DNA of 64,000 nt from Magallana gigas (lineage: Eukaryota), in contig NC_088855.1 of the NCBI RefSeq assembly GCF_963853765.1, positions 39,184,001 to 39,248,000 on the forward strand, in the 5' to 3' direction. The notes under the pieces were generated by a model. It did no database searches. It saw only the letters and a list, made by a program, of their open reading frames with translations, and was not told the origin of the DNA. The translations under genes and the position numbers were made by a program. Each line of letters starts with the position of its first letter. Position 1 is the first letter of the stretch. Shown piece by piece: positions 1 to 12,717 of the stretch.

Positions 1-1366
1 AATGTAGATCCTGTATAAATTAAAATACATTTTTTCACCCTGGATATTCTTATGCTTGTAATTAAGTCCCTTTTCTAACAGGATGATTTTATAGTTATAT
101 GACATGTTTAGCATTGCACTTCTCAAAAAAGATCCTAAATGATTGTTCACACATGTTATCTAAACCTATATCAAACTCTGAACTCTTTGTAAGGTCCAAG
201 AATCGTCTAGGGTCCAAAGTCTAAACAATTCAAAAGAATCAGCAATATGTCAAAATGCTAGCTAGGAATAAAATTATATATTCTAACATAAAAGTTTTTG
301 TGAATATAAAGGTTTTCCTTTGTAAATTGGATCCCCAATGTGACCCCACCCTACTCCTCAAGATTTTGATTTGAAAGAATCTACATTATATGATGTTGCT
401 TTCACTACAATTACAGCTTTCCTAGGCAAAGTGTTTTTAATACAAGGTCTGAAAAGAATTTTCTCTATATACTTCTACGTTAATTTTTGCCCCTTTCTCC
501 ACCCATGTTGTGATCCAACGCTATCCTATCCCCGTGGAACATGATTTGAACAAACTTGAATCTACCCTGACACACAAATTCAGCTTTCCCGGTTGATTAG
601 TTTCTGAGAAGGATATTTTTGAAGATTTACTCTATATATATTCTTATGTAAAAGTTCGACCCCCATTGTAGGCCCACCCTCCCCTGGGGTCAGGATTTTC
701 ACAATTGTGAATCTACACCACATGAAAATGCTTCCACACAAGTTTCAGCTTTCCTGGCTGATTAGTTTTGGAGAGATTTACTCTATATATACATGTGTAG
801 AAAATTGACCCCGCCCCCCCTCGTGGCCCTGCCCTACCACCAGACTTCATGATTTTCACAACTTTGAATGTGTACTACCTGAGGATGGTGTTTGAATAAG
901 TTTCAGCTTTTCTGGGCGATTAGTTTTTGAGACGAAGATTTTTAAAGATTCACTCTATATATTCCTATGTAAAAAAATTGAGCAAAATTTCAAAAAATGT
1001 TTCAACAATTCCTATTCTCTTGAAAAAGGGCATGGTTCCTAGTTTTCACAAATTTAAATCCCCTTTGCCTCAAAGAGTGCTTTGTGCCAAGTTTGGTTAA
1101 AATTTATCCAGTAGTTCTTAAGAAGATTTTGAAGATAGGGAAAGTTAACGGAGAGACAGACAGACGGACGACAACAAAATGTGATCAGAAAAGCTTCCTT
1201 GAGCTTTCAGCTTGCTTTGTACCATGTTTGGTTAAAATTAACCCAGGAGTTCTTGAGAAGATGTTGAAAATGGGAAAAGTTAAGGTTATGCAGGTAGACC
1301 GACAGACGGACGACAAAAAATGTGATCAGAAAGCTTACTTGAGCTTTCAGTTCAGGTGAGCTAAAA
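1..1366 (+). mobile_element. Non-autonomous Helentron-type element (HINE) carrying ~166-bp satellite-like repeats, 5'-truncated by the window edge
   Basis: Tandem ~166-bp units (ttgaatctac...gtttcagctttcc...gatttactctatatattc), a GACA/GACG microsatellite, and the 3' end gagctttcagttcaggtgagctaaaa at 1341-1366. Colinear with the complete copy at 9505-11009. The family assignment (Cg170-like, HINE) is from recalled oyster repeat literature. Confidence 0.8.
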
Positions 1367-1742
1367 TGCGGACATTTTTTTTCTTGACATCTATTATAAA
1401 TCCCTATGAACACACAGGAATACAAAATGTGCGTGTAATAGTATTTCCTTGCTTTTCATGACGCTTAATACCAATTTAATAAAATAAGCTATGTCGATTT
1501 TCGATGATGTACTAATTAAAGTTAGTAATTTAGCAACTGCTACGTAAACAAAAAGACTATTAGAATTCAACAAAACAAGACAATGAAACATTGTATGACC
1601 CTCACTTCTTGATTGTACGAAAAAAAGGTTCAAAATAACCCTACCCTCATGATAGTCCCGCACTTACTAGGTAAAAAAATCAATCTCCAGCCAGTAAATG
1701 TTTGGATTTCATGAACAGATAAGAGAAATAAAACAAGCATAC

Positions 1743-2336
1743 CTTTTTTCTGTCCCATTTAGAAAACCAATAGATCTGTTTTGTTTTACTGAAAATTCAA
1801 TCAATCCATGAAGTGGTTCAAAAATATAAAAATCTCCATGGTTACAGCGAATGATGTCAGCAGTTAGGGATGACCCGCTTCTCATGTAACCTAGAACCAA
1901 CGTCATGGGAACATGACCTGTAACAATGACATGCTGAATCAAAAACTTTGAAGTTATAAAGACTAGAAAATGGTTATTTTTTTTAAGTTAAAATGATACG
2001 TCTACCAGTTGAATTCTTTTTTGTATGAGTTTTTCTGGAGTTGCCACATTTATAACGGAAGATTGATCTGTCTTCTCCTGAAGAAGAGAGAAAAATAAAT
2101 GTTTTTACACATTACAATCGATTTAATCTATTAAAAAGGAAAGAAGGTTATACATGTACTTTTAAAATACACAACAGGAAATATGATTTATAAATTGGTT
2201 TATAAGGGTTAAATGGAAGTATGTTTATACCTGTTTGCAACTTAGTCTTAGATCTACCAGATATGTAATGCACCTCCATGATGACAAACAAAAATCCAAA
2301 AATGCAGACGAGAACACAACATTTTTTCCATTTCAT
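1743..2336 (-). CDS. Carbohydrate (CHST-like) sulfotransferase paralog A, partial: exons 1-2 only; the catalytic last exon should lie left of the window
   Basis: Exon 1 2336-2231 (MKWKKCCVLVCIFGFLFVIMEVH..., type II signal anchor, phase 1). Exon 2 1917-1743 (175 nt, LVLGYMRSGSSLTADII...YIFEPLH = 5'-PSB PAPS-binding loop, phase 2). Canonical GT-AG sites; same structure as paralog B. Confidence 0.85.
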
Positions 2337-5298
2337 GATGTATAACGCAACACTTCCAATATTCTCCTCTATACCCACATGTTCGATATCTGATTCATAG
2401 AATTGCTCTTGTTTGTTTTCCCCATGACCGTAGATGGCCTCTTTTCTCCCTTAATAAAGGCGTTTTAATGGTTTTGAGATTGTGTATCTCAAAAGAGGCA
2501 GTAAACTATGCAAACGTAGAAACTTATAAATTAAAACAGGTGACTGAAAAACTGATATCATTATAAATTTTATTGCATTTTATTGCATAACTTAAAAAGC
2601 ATTGGAAACAGAATCCTTAATTTGATTCTGTTTTAAAGAAGGTAATTGAATAATGCTGTGATTTATAACGAGGTATATGATGGGGAAAATAAACTGTATA
2701 TGCCATTTAATACAACTATAGATAAACAGTGCTTTAATCTAGAGATGGCAATCGATTGCAAAATTGCTAATCGGTTAATCGCACTTCTTTCCCACCGATT
2801 AACAGTTCACTCGTATCAAAATACGGAGATTTTTGACATGTTATTATTTTTTTAATACTAATTATTGATATACATGTAAATAATCACAGGAAGCACGATA
2901 AAAATATTCTGTTTATATGAAGATAAAAATATAGTATTAAAACTATATTTGATAATAACTATTTTAAAAAAGAAATCTTTAGCAACGAACAAGCAGTCAT
3001 GAAATAGTTTCACTGGCTACATGTCGCGATTTTGCAGTCTGCCATATATTATTTTAGATCTCCTTTTGAAATTATTATCCTTCGGATAGTATATTTAAAC
3101 AATAAAATGCTTCCTTTGGTGATTCATTCGGGATATGAAGGTAGCGACATTGCAGGACAGCGTTAGCGGGTTAATTTTTTCTTCATTGATAATCATGATT
3201 ATTTCGAGCAGTCTAATTTTTCTTATGTCGCTGTAGGTTTCGACCAATCGATAAACATGGCGTCTTAATTTCATTCCTGTCAGGTTCTTGTCAGTTTCAG
3301 CTGCTGATTTCGACAAAGCGATAAATGGGGCGTGCAGATTTCAGTTTGACTGTTTTTATAGAGCCGTGAATAAACTCTAAGTTTCTGTAAGAAATAGAGG
3401 AAAGAATACTTGGTGGATATAAATATACAGTAGTAACATGACTGTATAGTGTACATGTATGTACCCGCTTTAGACAATTGCATTTTTTATGTAATAGTTT
3501 GACAAAATTGATATGTAGTGGTGACCAGATTAAAGTTTAATCATGTCACTACATTTACTACATATTAATTTTGTTATTTGTTTTAATCAATAGGAAACGT
3601 CAATTAGTATTAAATAAAATCAGTGCGTTTAGAACTTGTCTGATTTTAAAATTTAAAACATTTCAAATCACTTTATCATGAACTTTTAATTAAACTAGGC
3701 TTGTGATTTTTTTTAAGTTTACAATACGAGCAATATATTTACCCAAAAAATCTTAAATAAAATCGAGGCACAATACTGATTAAGAATCATAGTACTCAAA
3801 GTACAGATATTCGGTCACTCCCGCCGTGTGCTCTTTGTCGTAATCGGGAAAAAACCGGAAAAGTCCGTACACAATTAGGTTATTAATTGTGGTCTAACAA
3901 TAAGTATGAAAAACTTCAGTCAGCATGCACCGCAGTGGAAGATTGTATTTGCTGACAAGGTCGTTGTATCGACCATAGAACTTACGAAAAGATGACTTCA
4001 AACGAGACTGTTGATAGTCTTGTTTTATTAACTTGTTAGTCAGTAGCTTGCCTCGCCATAAAAACTGTTCATATGACTAGCATGTCCTTGTGCATCGAAT
4101 TGACAAAGAATTAATTGATACAATCTGAAAGTGGTCCGATCAAAATTTCAGATGCTTGTATATATATACACCACAAGTCAATAAAAATTTTAAAAGCCTA
4201 CCATACTCCTGGCTCCATGATTAGAGAGCAGTCTTAGACTTAAAATTAGATTTTGTACAAAGCACCTAATTCATAATATAGCATTGAACGATTTATTTTT
4301 TACGTCGTCGTGTCAATAACTTCCGTCAGGTAAGCAGACGAATTGAATAACGCACAGTAGAATGAAAATATTCAACAATAACGTTTCGAATACAAACTTT
4401 AAGTTTCTGTTTGATAACATACTGAAATTCTGATTTTAAAAATCTTTGATCTTTCAGGACCATGGGCCGTGAAAATTATTTCCGAAGAAGTAAACAAATT
4501 GCCAAAACAAGTCAGAACAGTATGTCTTTGGCTCTTTTTAATATTATACTAGATGATAAGCTCTTCCAATAAAACTAAACTAAAGCTAAAAAACAAACAA
4601 ACAAACAAACAAAAACAAACAAACAAAATTAAATAAAAACTAAAAAGATCGCGTCAAATTGGTCCGTTTTATTTATTCACCTTTTTTTTATTAACCAAAG
4701 ATGTCTGATCCAAGGTATCTCCCGCGATGCATGATGAACTCGTCCTACACTTTCTGCTGTGACGTAAATGAGTCAACCCGCCTAACCCACGTTCTTGGTT
4801 ACCCTGTTCTGGGAAGTTCTATCCATTAAAACTAAAATCGTTCATTCAAATCACGATAGGCTCATTTTATTTATTCAGCATTTGTCAAATCTTAACTTCT
4901 AAGTATTCTCTAAATAAGTTCCCAGTAAATATATTCACTCTTTACGTAATCATTCCATAGTATTTTTGGCAAGTATATATTTCAATGCAAACTCCCACTG
5001 ACTTGGATCCGCCAAAGCGTGTCCACCACTTTACTCTCATTTTTAGACTGGTTTACAAAAAATGAAAGTAGGATTTTACTCAATATCACAATAATTACTT
5101 ATCACTTAAGAAAAACTATAGTTTACGTACATATATACATCATCTCACACGTGTTGAAATGCTAAAGGTGTATGCAGTTTATTCACAAAATGTCTCAATC
5201 TATTGGTATAGATGTTTTTCTTTCAATTTTCTAGAGTATATCATTAAGTTGTAGAATAAATAACTATTAGAATGTATATGAAGTGGAATGTTATTTAA

Positions 5299-5907
5299 AG
5301 CTGCTTGGTCCGATTTATTTGTTATTACAGTATCACAATTTTTTCCATACAAACCATTTATCTTAGAAAGTTATGGACTTTCTCCTATTTACACCAGGAG
5401 AATCAGTCTCCTTTCAAAGTTAGAAATATTCAAAGTAAATAAAAATAATTTCTTGTTGGGCAAACGAAAAAACAAACCAAAATGCATCAAGGGAATGTTT
5501 AGAAAAAGAAACCGTTTGGTTTCGTCCCCCGAATGATTGGGATCATTCAACACGCATACTATGCATCGATTGTAAAGAAATCAAACTTCAGAAATATTAG
5601 CGAACAAAACGTACACATGTCTCCTTGTAATTTGTCTGATTATTTCGACCTTTATTAAATGCGATGTCAAAGTCGTAATATAACCATACCCGTCTCGTCG
5701 TCAGGGGTGAAATTTTACATTAGGCGAAATAACGCAGTACCCTTCTATGTCGTTTGTTTGTTAGCAAATTTTGTGCGTATTTTTCATTGAAATTTGACTT
5801 AATTGAGTAGAAAAAACTACTGCAATGTCTATTATTATACATATACTAAGCATAACCATCGTTTAAAACCGTGCATAAAATTTGATATAGAATCGGACCA
5901 AGCAGCT
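5299..5907. mobile_element. TTAA-flanked MITE (Kolobok-like)
   Basis: ttaa|agctgcttggtccgatt ... aatcggaccaagcagct|ttaa: 17-bp TIR, TTAA at 5295-5298 and 5908-5911. Purine-purine 5' end fits Kolobok rather than piggyBac. Confidence 0.8.
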
Positions 5908-6045
5908 TTAATATATGAATTTTTTTTTATTTTTTGTAACACATATATTCGTAACAACATCTCATAACACATTAATGTCAACGTCGAATAACGTCAATTT
6001 CAGCACACTCGAAAGTCACTGTAATTTGAAATTGAATTAACAAAA

Positions 6046-7357
6046 TTAATAACGCGTGTGACCACCATTTGCGTTCACGCATGCTTGACAGCGACGCCTT
6101 ATTGTTGCCACTAAAGTGTTTAGAAATGCTTGAGGGATGTTGTTCCAGATGTTGGTTAAAGCTTGGCCTAAATCAGCCAATGTCACTGGCTGATTTGGTA
6201 AACGGCGTAAACGTCTTTCCATTTCATCCCAGACGTGCTCGATCGGCGACAAATCGGGGGAAACAGCTGGCCAAGGCAAGACATCGACATTCTGTTGAAC
6301 AAACAAGTCCCTGACTACACGTGCAACGTGTGGCCTTGCGTTGTCTTGCTGCAGAGTGATGTGATTTTGATGTCTCTTTATGAAGGGTATCACATGACGC
6401 TGAATAATTTCATCTCGATAGCGTACGCCGGTGAGATTTCCATTGACAATTTGTAGAGGGGTCCTTCCACGTGCTGATATTCCACCCCACACCATAACGC
6501 TACCTCCACCAAATTGTCGACGTTGCACAACACAAGCGTCCTGGTAACGCTCCCAACGCGACGATACACCCTGCAACGGCGGTCACTGCTATCCAAATGA
6601 AATCTGGATTCATCAGTGAACAGAACATTGACCCAGTCCTGTATTCTGAATCGCAGATGTCGTGTGCACCACGCTAGGCTGCAGATACGATGACGTTGAA
6701 GCAGTACTGGGTGCACCGCTGGATGTCTTGGTCTGATGTTTTTTCTCGCGCAGACGATTATGCACAGTTCTTGGACTAATTGGTCGAAGCCCTGGGAATG
6801 CTACGGGCAGTCAAACTTGCTGTCTGGAAACGATTTCTCAGATGCACAAGTCTAATGTGGTTGTCCTGTTGACGTGGCGTCACACGACGTCGCCCAGAGC
6901 GCGGTCGATCCTGAATGTTGCCAGATTGTTGAAAACGTCTCCATAATGACTGGATGGTGTTCCGATGAACTCCAAAGTGTCTTGCTACAGTATTTTGTGC
7001 CATTCCAGCTTGCAGCATCCCAACAGCACGATTACGTTGGTTTTCGTTGAATCGTGGCATGACACAGAGGTAAATATTGTTGAAACTAAAGTGATTTCCT
7101 TAACAAAAAAAGTTTAAACAAATCCTTTACAGTTCTTATTCCTAACAGTATTGGCCCGTAAAACTCGTACGTACAAATTCTTCAATAAACAACAGGTGCT
7201 CACTGACCATGAAAAAGTCAGTGCACCCGGACGGTTACCATCCGATATTGTCAAAAACAATACCATTATCGATTGTTTAAATTTTATAAATACAAACAAT
7301 AGATATAGAAAAATTATACTAAATTTTATAATGCACAGTTTCTTTTTTACTCTAGTA
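6046..7357 (-). mobile_element. Tc1/mariner DNA transposon with a frameshifted DD34E transposase (pseudogene)
   Basis: Three ORF pieces (7060-6776, 6716-6390, 6576-6046) join into one transposase: N-terminal HTH MPRFNENQRNRAVGML, TDESRF, QQDNARPH, SPDLSPIE with 34 residues between D and E. Frameshifts near 6795 and 6555. TIR-like end gtttcttttttactctagta|ta near 7357; the other TIR was not found. Confidence 0.9.
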
Positions 7358-7780
7358 TATTTAGAAGAAATTCAGACTGTTTTAAAATCATTGAAAACTC
7401 TTTTAGATGTTATGGACGAAATTGTAATAAAACAAATGCAATGAATTGCAATCTCTCTTCTTTCATGGAGATGAAAGATGTGGATTAAAAAAAATTTATA
7501 TTTATTTAATTATCAATATTATATTAATGCATATACATGAAATTCATATAAAGAGACAATCAACCACTTAACCATGCAGACATTTAATTCAAGAGAGAGT
7601 GAGAAAAATAAATATATCAAAAATATCTTTAATTTCCATTTTGCATTTATTGGTACTTTCTTTAAACATTGTATTACCTCTCATTTTTTTTTTAGTAATT
7701 AATTGATTGCAGAACTGGAATTCAAATAGTGCTTTGATAGTATATTGAACGTGCTTGGTTGATATTTTCAAGTCTCTCTA

Positions 7781-7784
<4 letters not shown>

Positions 7785-7857
<73 letters not shown>
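7785..7857. repeat. (TA)n microsatellite
   Basis: Pure TA run seen directly. Confidence 0.98.
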
Positions 7858-7861
<4 letters not shown>

Positions 7862-8039
7862 CGACACGGCATTTTGATCACCAGACGAAATGTCAAATAA
7901 CATTTTCAGAGGACTTCAAAAGCGCTTGAAGCCTCAAAGCCACTTCTACACATTATTAAACTACTTCATTATTTGATAAGTGATTTAATTTTCAATTTTT
8001 TAATGTTTAGAGTTGCTGAATTAAGTATTTGAATTTTAA

Positions 8040-8352
8040 TGCTTAATCGAAACTTGAATGTTATATATTTAGTTATATGCGAGTTACGGAGTAAAGAACT
8101 CTTTGTTTTGTGAACAAAGCTTGAGCCTTTTTATTTTTAACATAACATACGTGTAGGTGTAGGTGTAAATACAATCAAATGTTGTTTTCCTAAATTCCTT
8201 TATCCATAACATCTATGAACATATTAAATCAATTTATCTGGTTTGCGATGAATCAATTTATTAGAATTATGGTAAATAAAATGACGTTCAGGAGCACTGT
8301 AAACATTAAAATCGGAAAAATAATTTTTGACCAAAATCGTGACCATACCCCT
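8040..8352. mobile_element. Partial Kolobok-like MITE (right end only)
   Basis: Ends gaccaaaatcgtgaccatacccct|ttaa, the same terminus as the complete copy at 49032-49522. Left boundary is approximate. Confidence 0.6.
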
Positions 8353-8430
8353 TTAATTTAAACAAATGTAAATTCAAACATGCGTATATTTATTGCACAT
8401 TCTCAATATTTGATTCTGAATTTAAAACTT

Positions 8431-10978
8431 TTACAGTGTTGCTTTTAATTGATATATGTTTGGATTCCACGACTCATTATACAGGGATATATTTCCGGAA
8501 TAACCAACTTCTCTGTATACTTCCCTACAGTTTTTGTCAATTATGTGAAGATACATCGAAGTAATATTTTGCATCCATTTAAATGCGTTATACGTTGAGT
8601 TTCCTCTTCTAGTGCAGTATTCACATCGTACAATTGGCCCAGTAGTCAAACTGTCAACATATTCTTTTACTTTTATCGTAAACTGTGCACGTAAGAAATT
8701 GTATATACTCTTAGATACCTCTATTGGGTTCAATGCAAGATTTTCATACACAAGTCTCTGAATACGTCCTTGATATTTACCAGTTAACAATTTCACGTTA
8801 CGAATATCTTCTAACATCTTGCCACAAAAAAGTCGTGAAAAACTTTGAAAATGGTTTCTGTTAGATTGAGTAAGGTTACCGATTAGTTGTGAGTGAAGGA
8901 TTGCTCTCGAGTCTCGAACCAAGTGAATGACTTTGAGTGACGGCAGCCTTTTAAGCAAATAACCGACCGAAGCTGTATGCAAACGTATAGTTTTGTACGT
9001 CCTTGAATTAGCTTCAACACAAGCCTTTTGTAAAATTGATATGCATGGAGCTATAGTCATAGCTAGAGAGGAATCATTTGAACGATCTTGTCGGGTGCAG
9101 TTAAAATACAAATCGTGCTCCGGGGTGTAAATATGAATGAATTCATTGTACAAGCTGTTTAAGTCGATGTCCTGGAAGTTACAGGTGAACCAGTTCAGCA
9201 TCATTTCTGTCTTTAGTTTTTCAATGTCTGTATCATTATATGATAACCTGTACAGAAGGAAACAAGACACATAAAGGGATGGAAACCATTCGTTTCTTTT
9301 TATTAAAACATGTCTGGTATGTGTAGATTTGAAAAAAGGATAAAAAGATAGTATGGCCTCAAAGACACCTTCGGTTATTGCATTACAGGGAAAATCATCT
9401 CACTAACGGATGAATATAATTCTTCGCTGGATAGGAAATATCCTATTACATGTATATCCTGTCTCAAAGGAGTGGAATTAAAATTGTTTTTGAAAGATTA
9501 TCATAAAACAAGAGGCCAATGGGCCTTTCGCTCACCCGAGGAACACATGTATGATATAATCAGCTGGATGGAGTCATAATATAGCTATATGTATCTGGAC
9601 AATGTAGTATAAATCATGTAGATCCTGTTAAAATAAATATACATTTTTCACTCTTATGTTTTAATCAAGTCCTTTTTCTAACAGGATGGTTTTATAGTCA
9701 TATCAAATGTTGAGCATTGTAGTTCTAAAACGACTAAAATGACTAAACAATTGTTTGTTTATATATGTGATATAAACCTACATCAAGCTCTAAACCCCTT
9801 CTAAGGCCCAAGAATCATCCAGTGTTCACAGACTAAACAATTTAAATGAATCAGCTATATTTCAAATTGCTTGCATACGTGTAGGGGTAAATATATTCTA
9901 ACATTTCAGTTTTTGTGAATAAAAATGTTTTCCTTTGTAAACTTGGTTCCCCAATGTGGCCCCACCCTACTCCTCAAAATTTTGATTCCAACAAATTTGA
10001 ATTCACATCATCTGATGTTGCTTTCCCTAAGTTACAGCTTTTCTAGGCAAAAGGTTTTTTAGAAGAAAACTTTCTATCTATACTCCTATGTTAATTTTGC
10101 CCACCCCCCCCCCCCTCCACACACACACTGTGACTCGACCCTATCCTATCCCCGTGGATCATAATTTGATCAAACTTGAATTTACCCTACCAGTTGCTTT
10201 TACACAAGTTTAAGCTTTCCCGGTTGATTAAATTCTGAAAATGAAAAGAAGATTTTTAAAGATTTACTCAATATATTCTTATGTAAAATTTCGACCACCA
10301 TTGTGGCCCCACCTTACCCCTGGGGGTCATAGTTTTCACACATTTGAATCCACACAACATGAGAATGCTTCCACACAAGCTTCAGCTTTCCTATCTGATT
10401 ATTTTCTGAGTGGATTTTCAAAGATTTACTCAATATATTCCTATGTAAAATATTGACCCCCCATCGTGGCTCTGTCCTATCTGCGGGGTCATGGTTTTCA
10501 CAACTTTGAATCTACCCTACCTGAGGATGTTTTACTTAAGTTTAAGCTTTTCTGGTCGATTAGTTTCTAAGATGAAGATTTTTACTGTTTTTACTCCTAT
10601 CTTAAAAAAATGACTCAAATATCTAAAAATATTTCAATATTTCCTAAATATCTCCCCTGAAAAAAGGGTGTGGTCCCTAATTTTCACTACTTTGAATCCC
10701 TTTGGGGACAAAGGTTGCTTCGTGCCATGTTTGTTTGAAATTAACCCAGTATTTCTTGAGAAGACATTTTAAATTGGAAAGGTTTACGGACAGACGGACG
10801 GACAGACGACAACAAAATGTGACCAGAAAAGCTTACTTGAGCTTTCAGCTTGCTTTGTACCATGTTTTGTTGAAAGTAACCCAGTAGTTAATGAGAAGAT
10901 GTTGAAAATGGGAAAAGTTAACGGATACGCAGACAGACAGACAGAAGGAAGACAAACAAAATGTAATCAGAAAAGCTT

Positions 10979-11010
<32 letters not shown>

Positions 11011-11996
11011 AGAACATTTTCTCTTGACTTTTCGGTATAAATCCTTATGAAAACAAATAATCATAAACATAAGCGGACATATTTTTCTTGACTTTAGTTA
11101 TAAATCCTTATGAACACACATAATTATAAAACGTGCGTGCAATAATATTTCCTTACGTTATGTGACCCTTAAAACCAACTAAAAATAATAAGCAGTAATA
11201 AACTATGTCTATTTTAGATGGTGTATTTATCAAAGTTACGTAAACGAAAAAAAAATAAGAATTCAACAAAACAAGAAAATGTAACATTGTATGACCCTTA
11301 CTTTTTGATTGAACATAAAAAGGTTAAAAATAATCTTCCCCTCCTGATAGTCCCATACTTACCACCTAACAAATAATCAATGTCCAGTTAGTAATTGTGT
11401 GAATTTTATAAAATAAAACAAGCAAACCTTTGTTCTGTTCCATTTAGAAAACTAATAGATCTGTTTTGTTTTACTGAAAATTCTATCAATCCATGGAGTG
11501 GTTCAAAAATATAAAAATCGCCATGGTTAACGCGAATGATGTCAGCAGTTAGGGATGACCCGCTTCTCATGTAACCTAGCACCAATGTCATAGGCACATG
11601 ACCTGTAACAATGAGATACTGAATCAAAAGAATAAAAAATTATAAAGAAAACGTTTATTTAAAGTGATAGGTCTTTTTCCTAAGATTTTTTTCTGGATAT
11701 GCCTTATTGATAACAAAGCTTGGCCCGTCTCCTTCTGATAAAAAAAGAGAGAAAATATTTATATCTAGAGACATTACAATTAATTTAACTTATTCTAATA
11801 AAAAGTAGGTTATACCTTCAAAATACATGTAAACAATAGGAAAATGAATATACATGTATATAAATGGTAATATTAAAATAAAGTTTATACCTGTCTGCAA
11901 CTTAGTCTTAAATCTACCAGAAATATAATGCACCTCCATGATGACAAACAAAAATCCAAAAATGCAGGCGAACACACTATATTTTTTCCATTTCAT
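8431..11996 (-). CDS. Carbohydrate (CHST-like) sulfotransferase paralog B, complete, ~365 aa
   Basis: Exons 11996-11891 (106 nt), 11602-11428 (175 nt) and 9247-8431 (817 nt) total 1098 nt in frame. Signal anchor, YMRSGSSLTA (5'-PSB), FEPLH, KTIRL, VIHLVRDSRAILHS (3'-PB), YENLA. Confidence 0.9.
9505..11009 (+). mobile_element. Complete HINE with Cg170-like satellite array, in intron 2 of sulfotransferase B
   Basis: 5' aaaacaagaggccaatgggcctttcgctcacccgag (hairpin plus subterminal IR gctcacc), several ~166-bp monomers, GACA microsatellite, 3' gagctttcagctcaggtgagctaaaa. Confidence 0.85.
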
Positions 11997-12717
11997 GTTT
12001 TCTATAACGCAGCACCAACAAAACGTCTCCTCTACACCGACATGCGCGGTACATTTGATGTTATACATGTATTTAAGACGGGAAACCACGTATTATCCTT
12101 GTTTGCTAAATAGGAAATATCATATCACACGTATGTCCTGTCCAAAGGATAAGACTGATTCATATCATAGGAAAGGTCTTGTTTATTTCCCCACGACCGT
12201 TGATCGCCCCTTTTCTCTCAGGCGTCTGTAAAATCTAGTGTCATTATTTTTATTGCAGTACAAGATAATTTAAAAAAAACATTTTAAACAGAAACCTTTA
12301 TTCGAGCGAAGGTTCGAGAAGTAGTTAAACAATACTGAGCTCTATATATACTGAGGTATACGACGGGGAAAATATAAACTGTAAAATTTTATACGTTCTT
12401 TTTTTGCACATCTTTCCAATACGATACACGCTTAAAAACGTGTCCCATTACAAAATTATAAGAAATTAAACACAGTCCTGTAAGATTACAATCTAATTAA
12501 AATTAGAACTTCCATCCGCTCCCCGGTTTTCGATATGTCGCGTGGAAGATCTAACAACATTCCGTAAGAGGTCATGTTCTGGTGAACTCTGTATTAACCA
12601 ATCAAATCTCAGTAGACTTTCTTGTGTCCGGTAGAGACTGGTTCTCTGTCATTGCGTTCGGAAGTTTTCTCATTCTATGTATTTTAGTACATACCCGATG
12701 TGTTCCGAATTACAAAA

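Noticed and set aside
1084-1425. Short ORFs within HINE elements (also 10241-10887)
   Set aside because: Open frames in non-coding satellite and terminal repeats; no Rep/helicase motifs.
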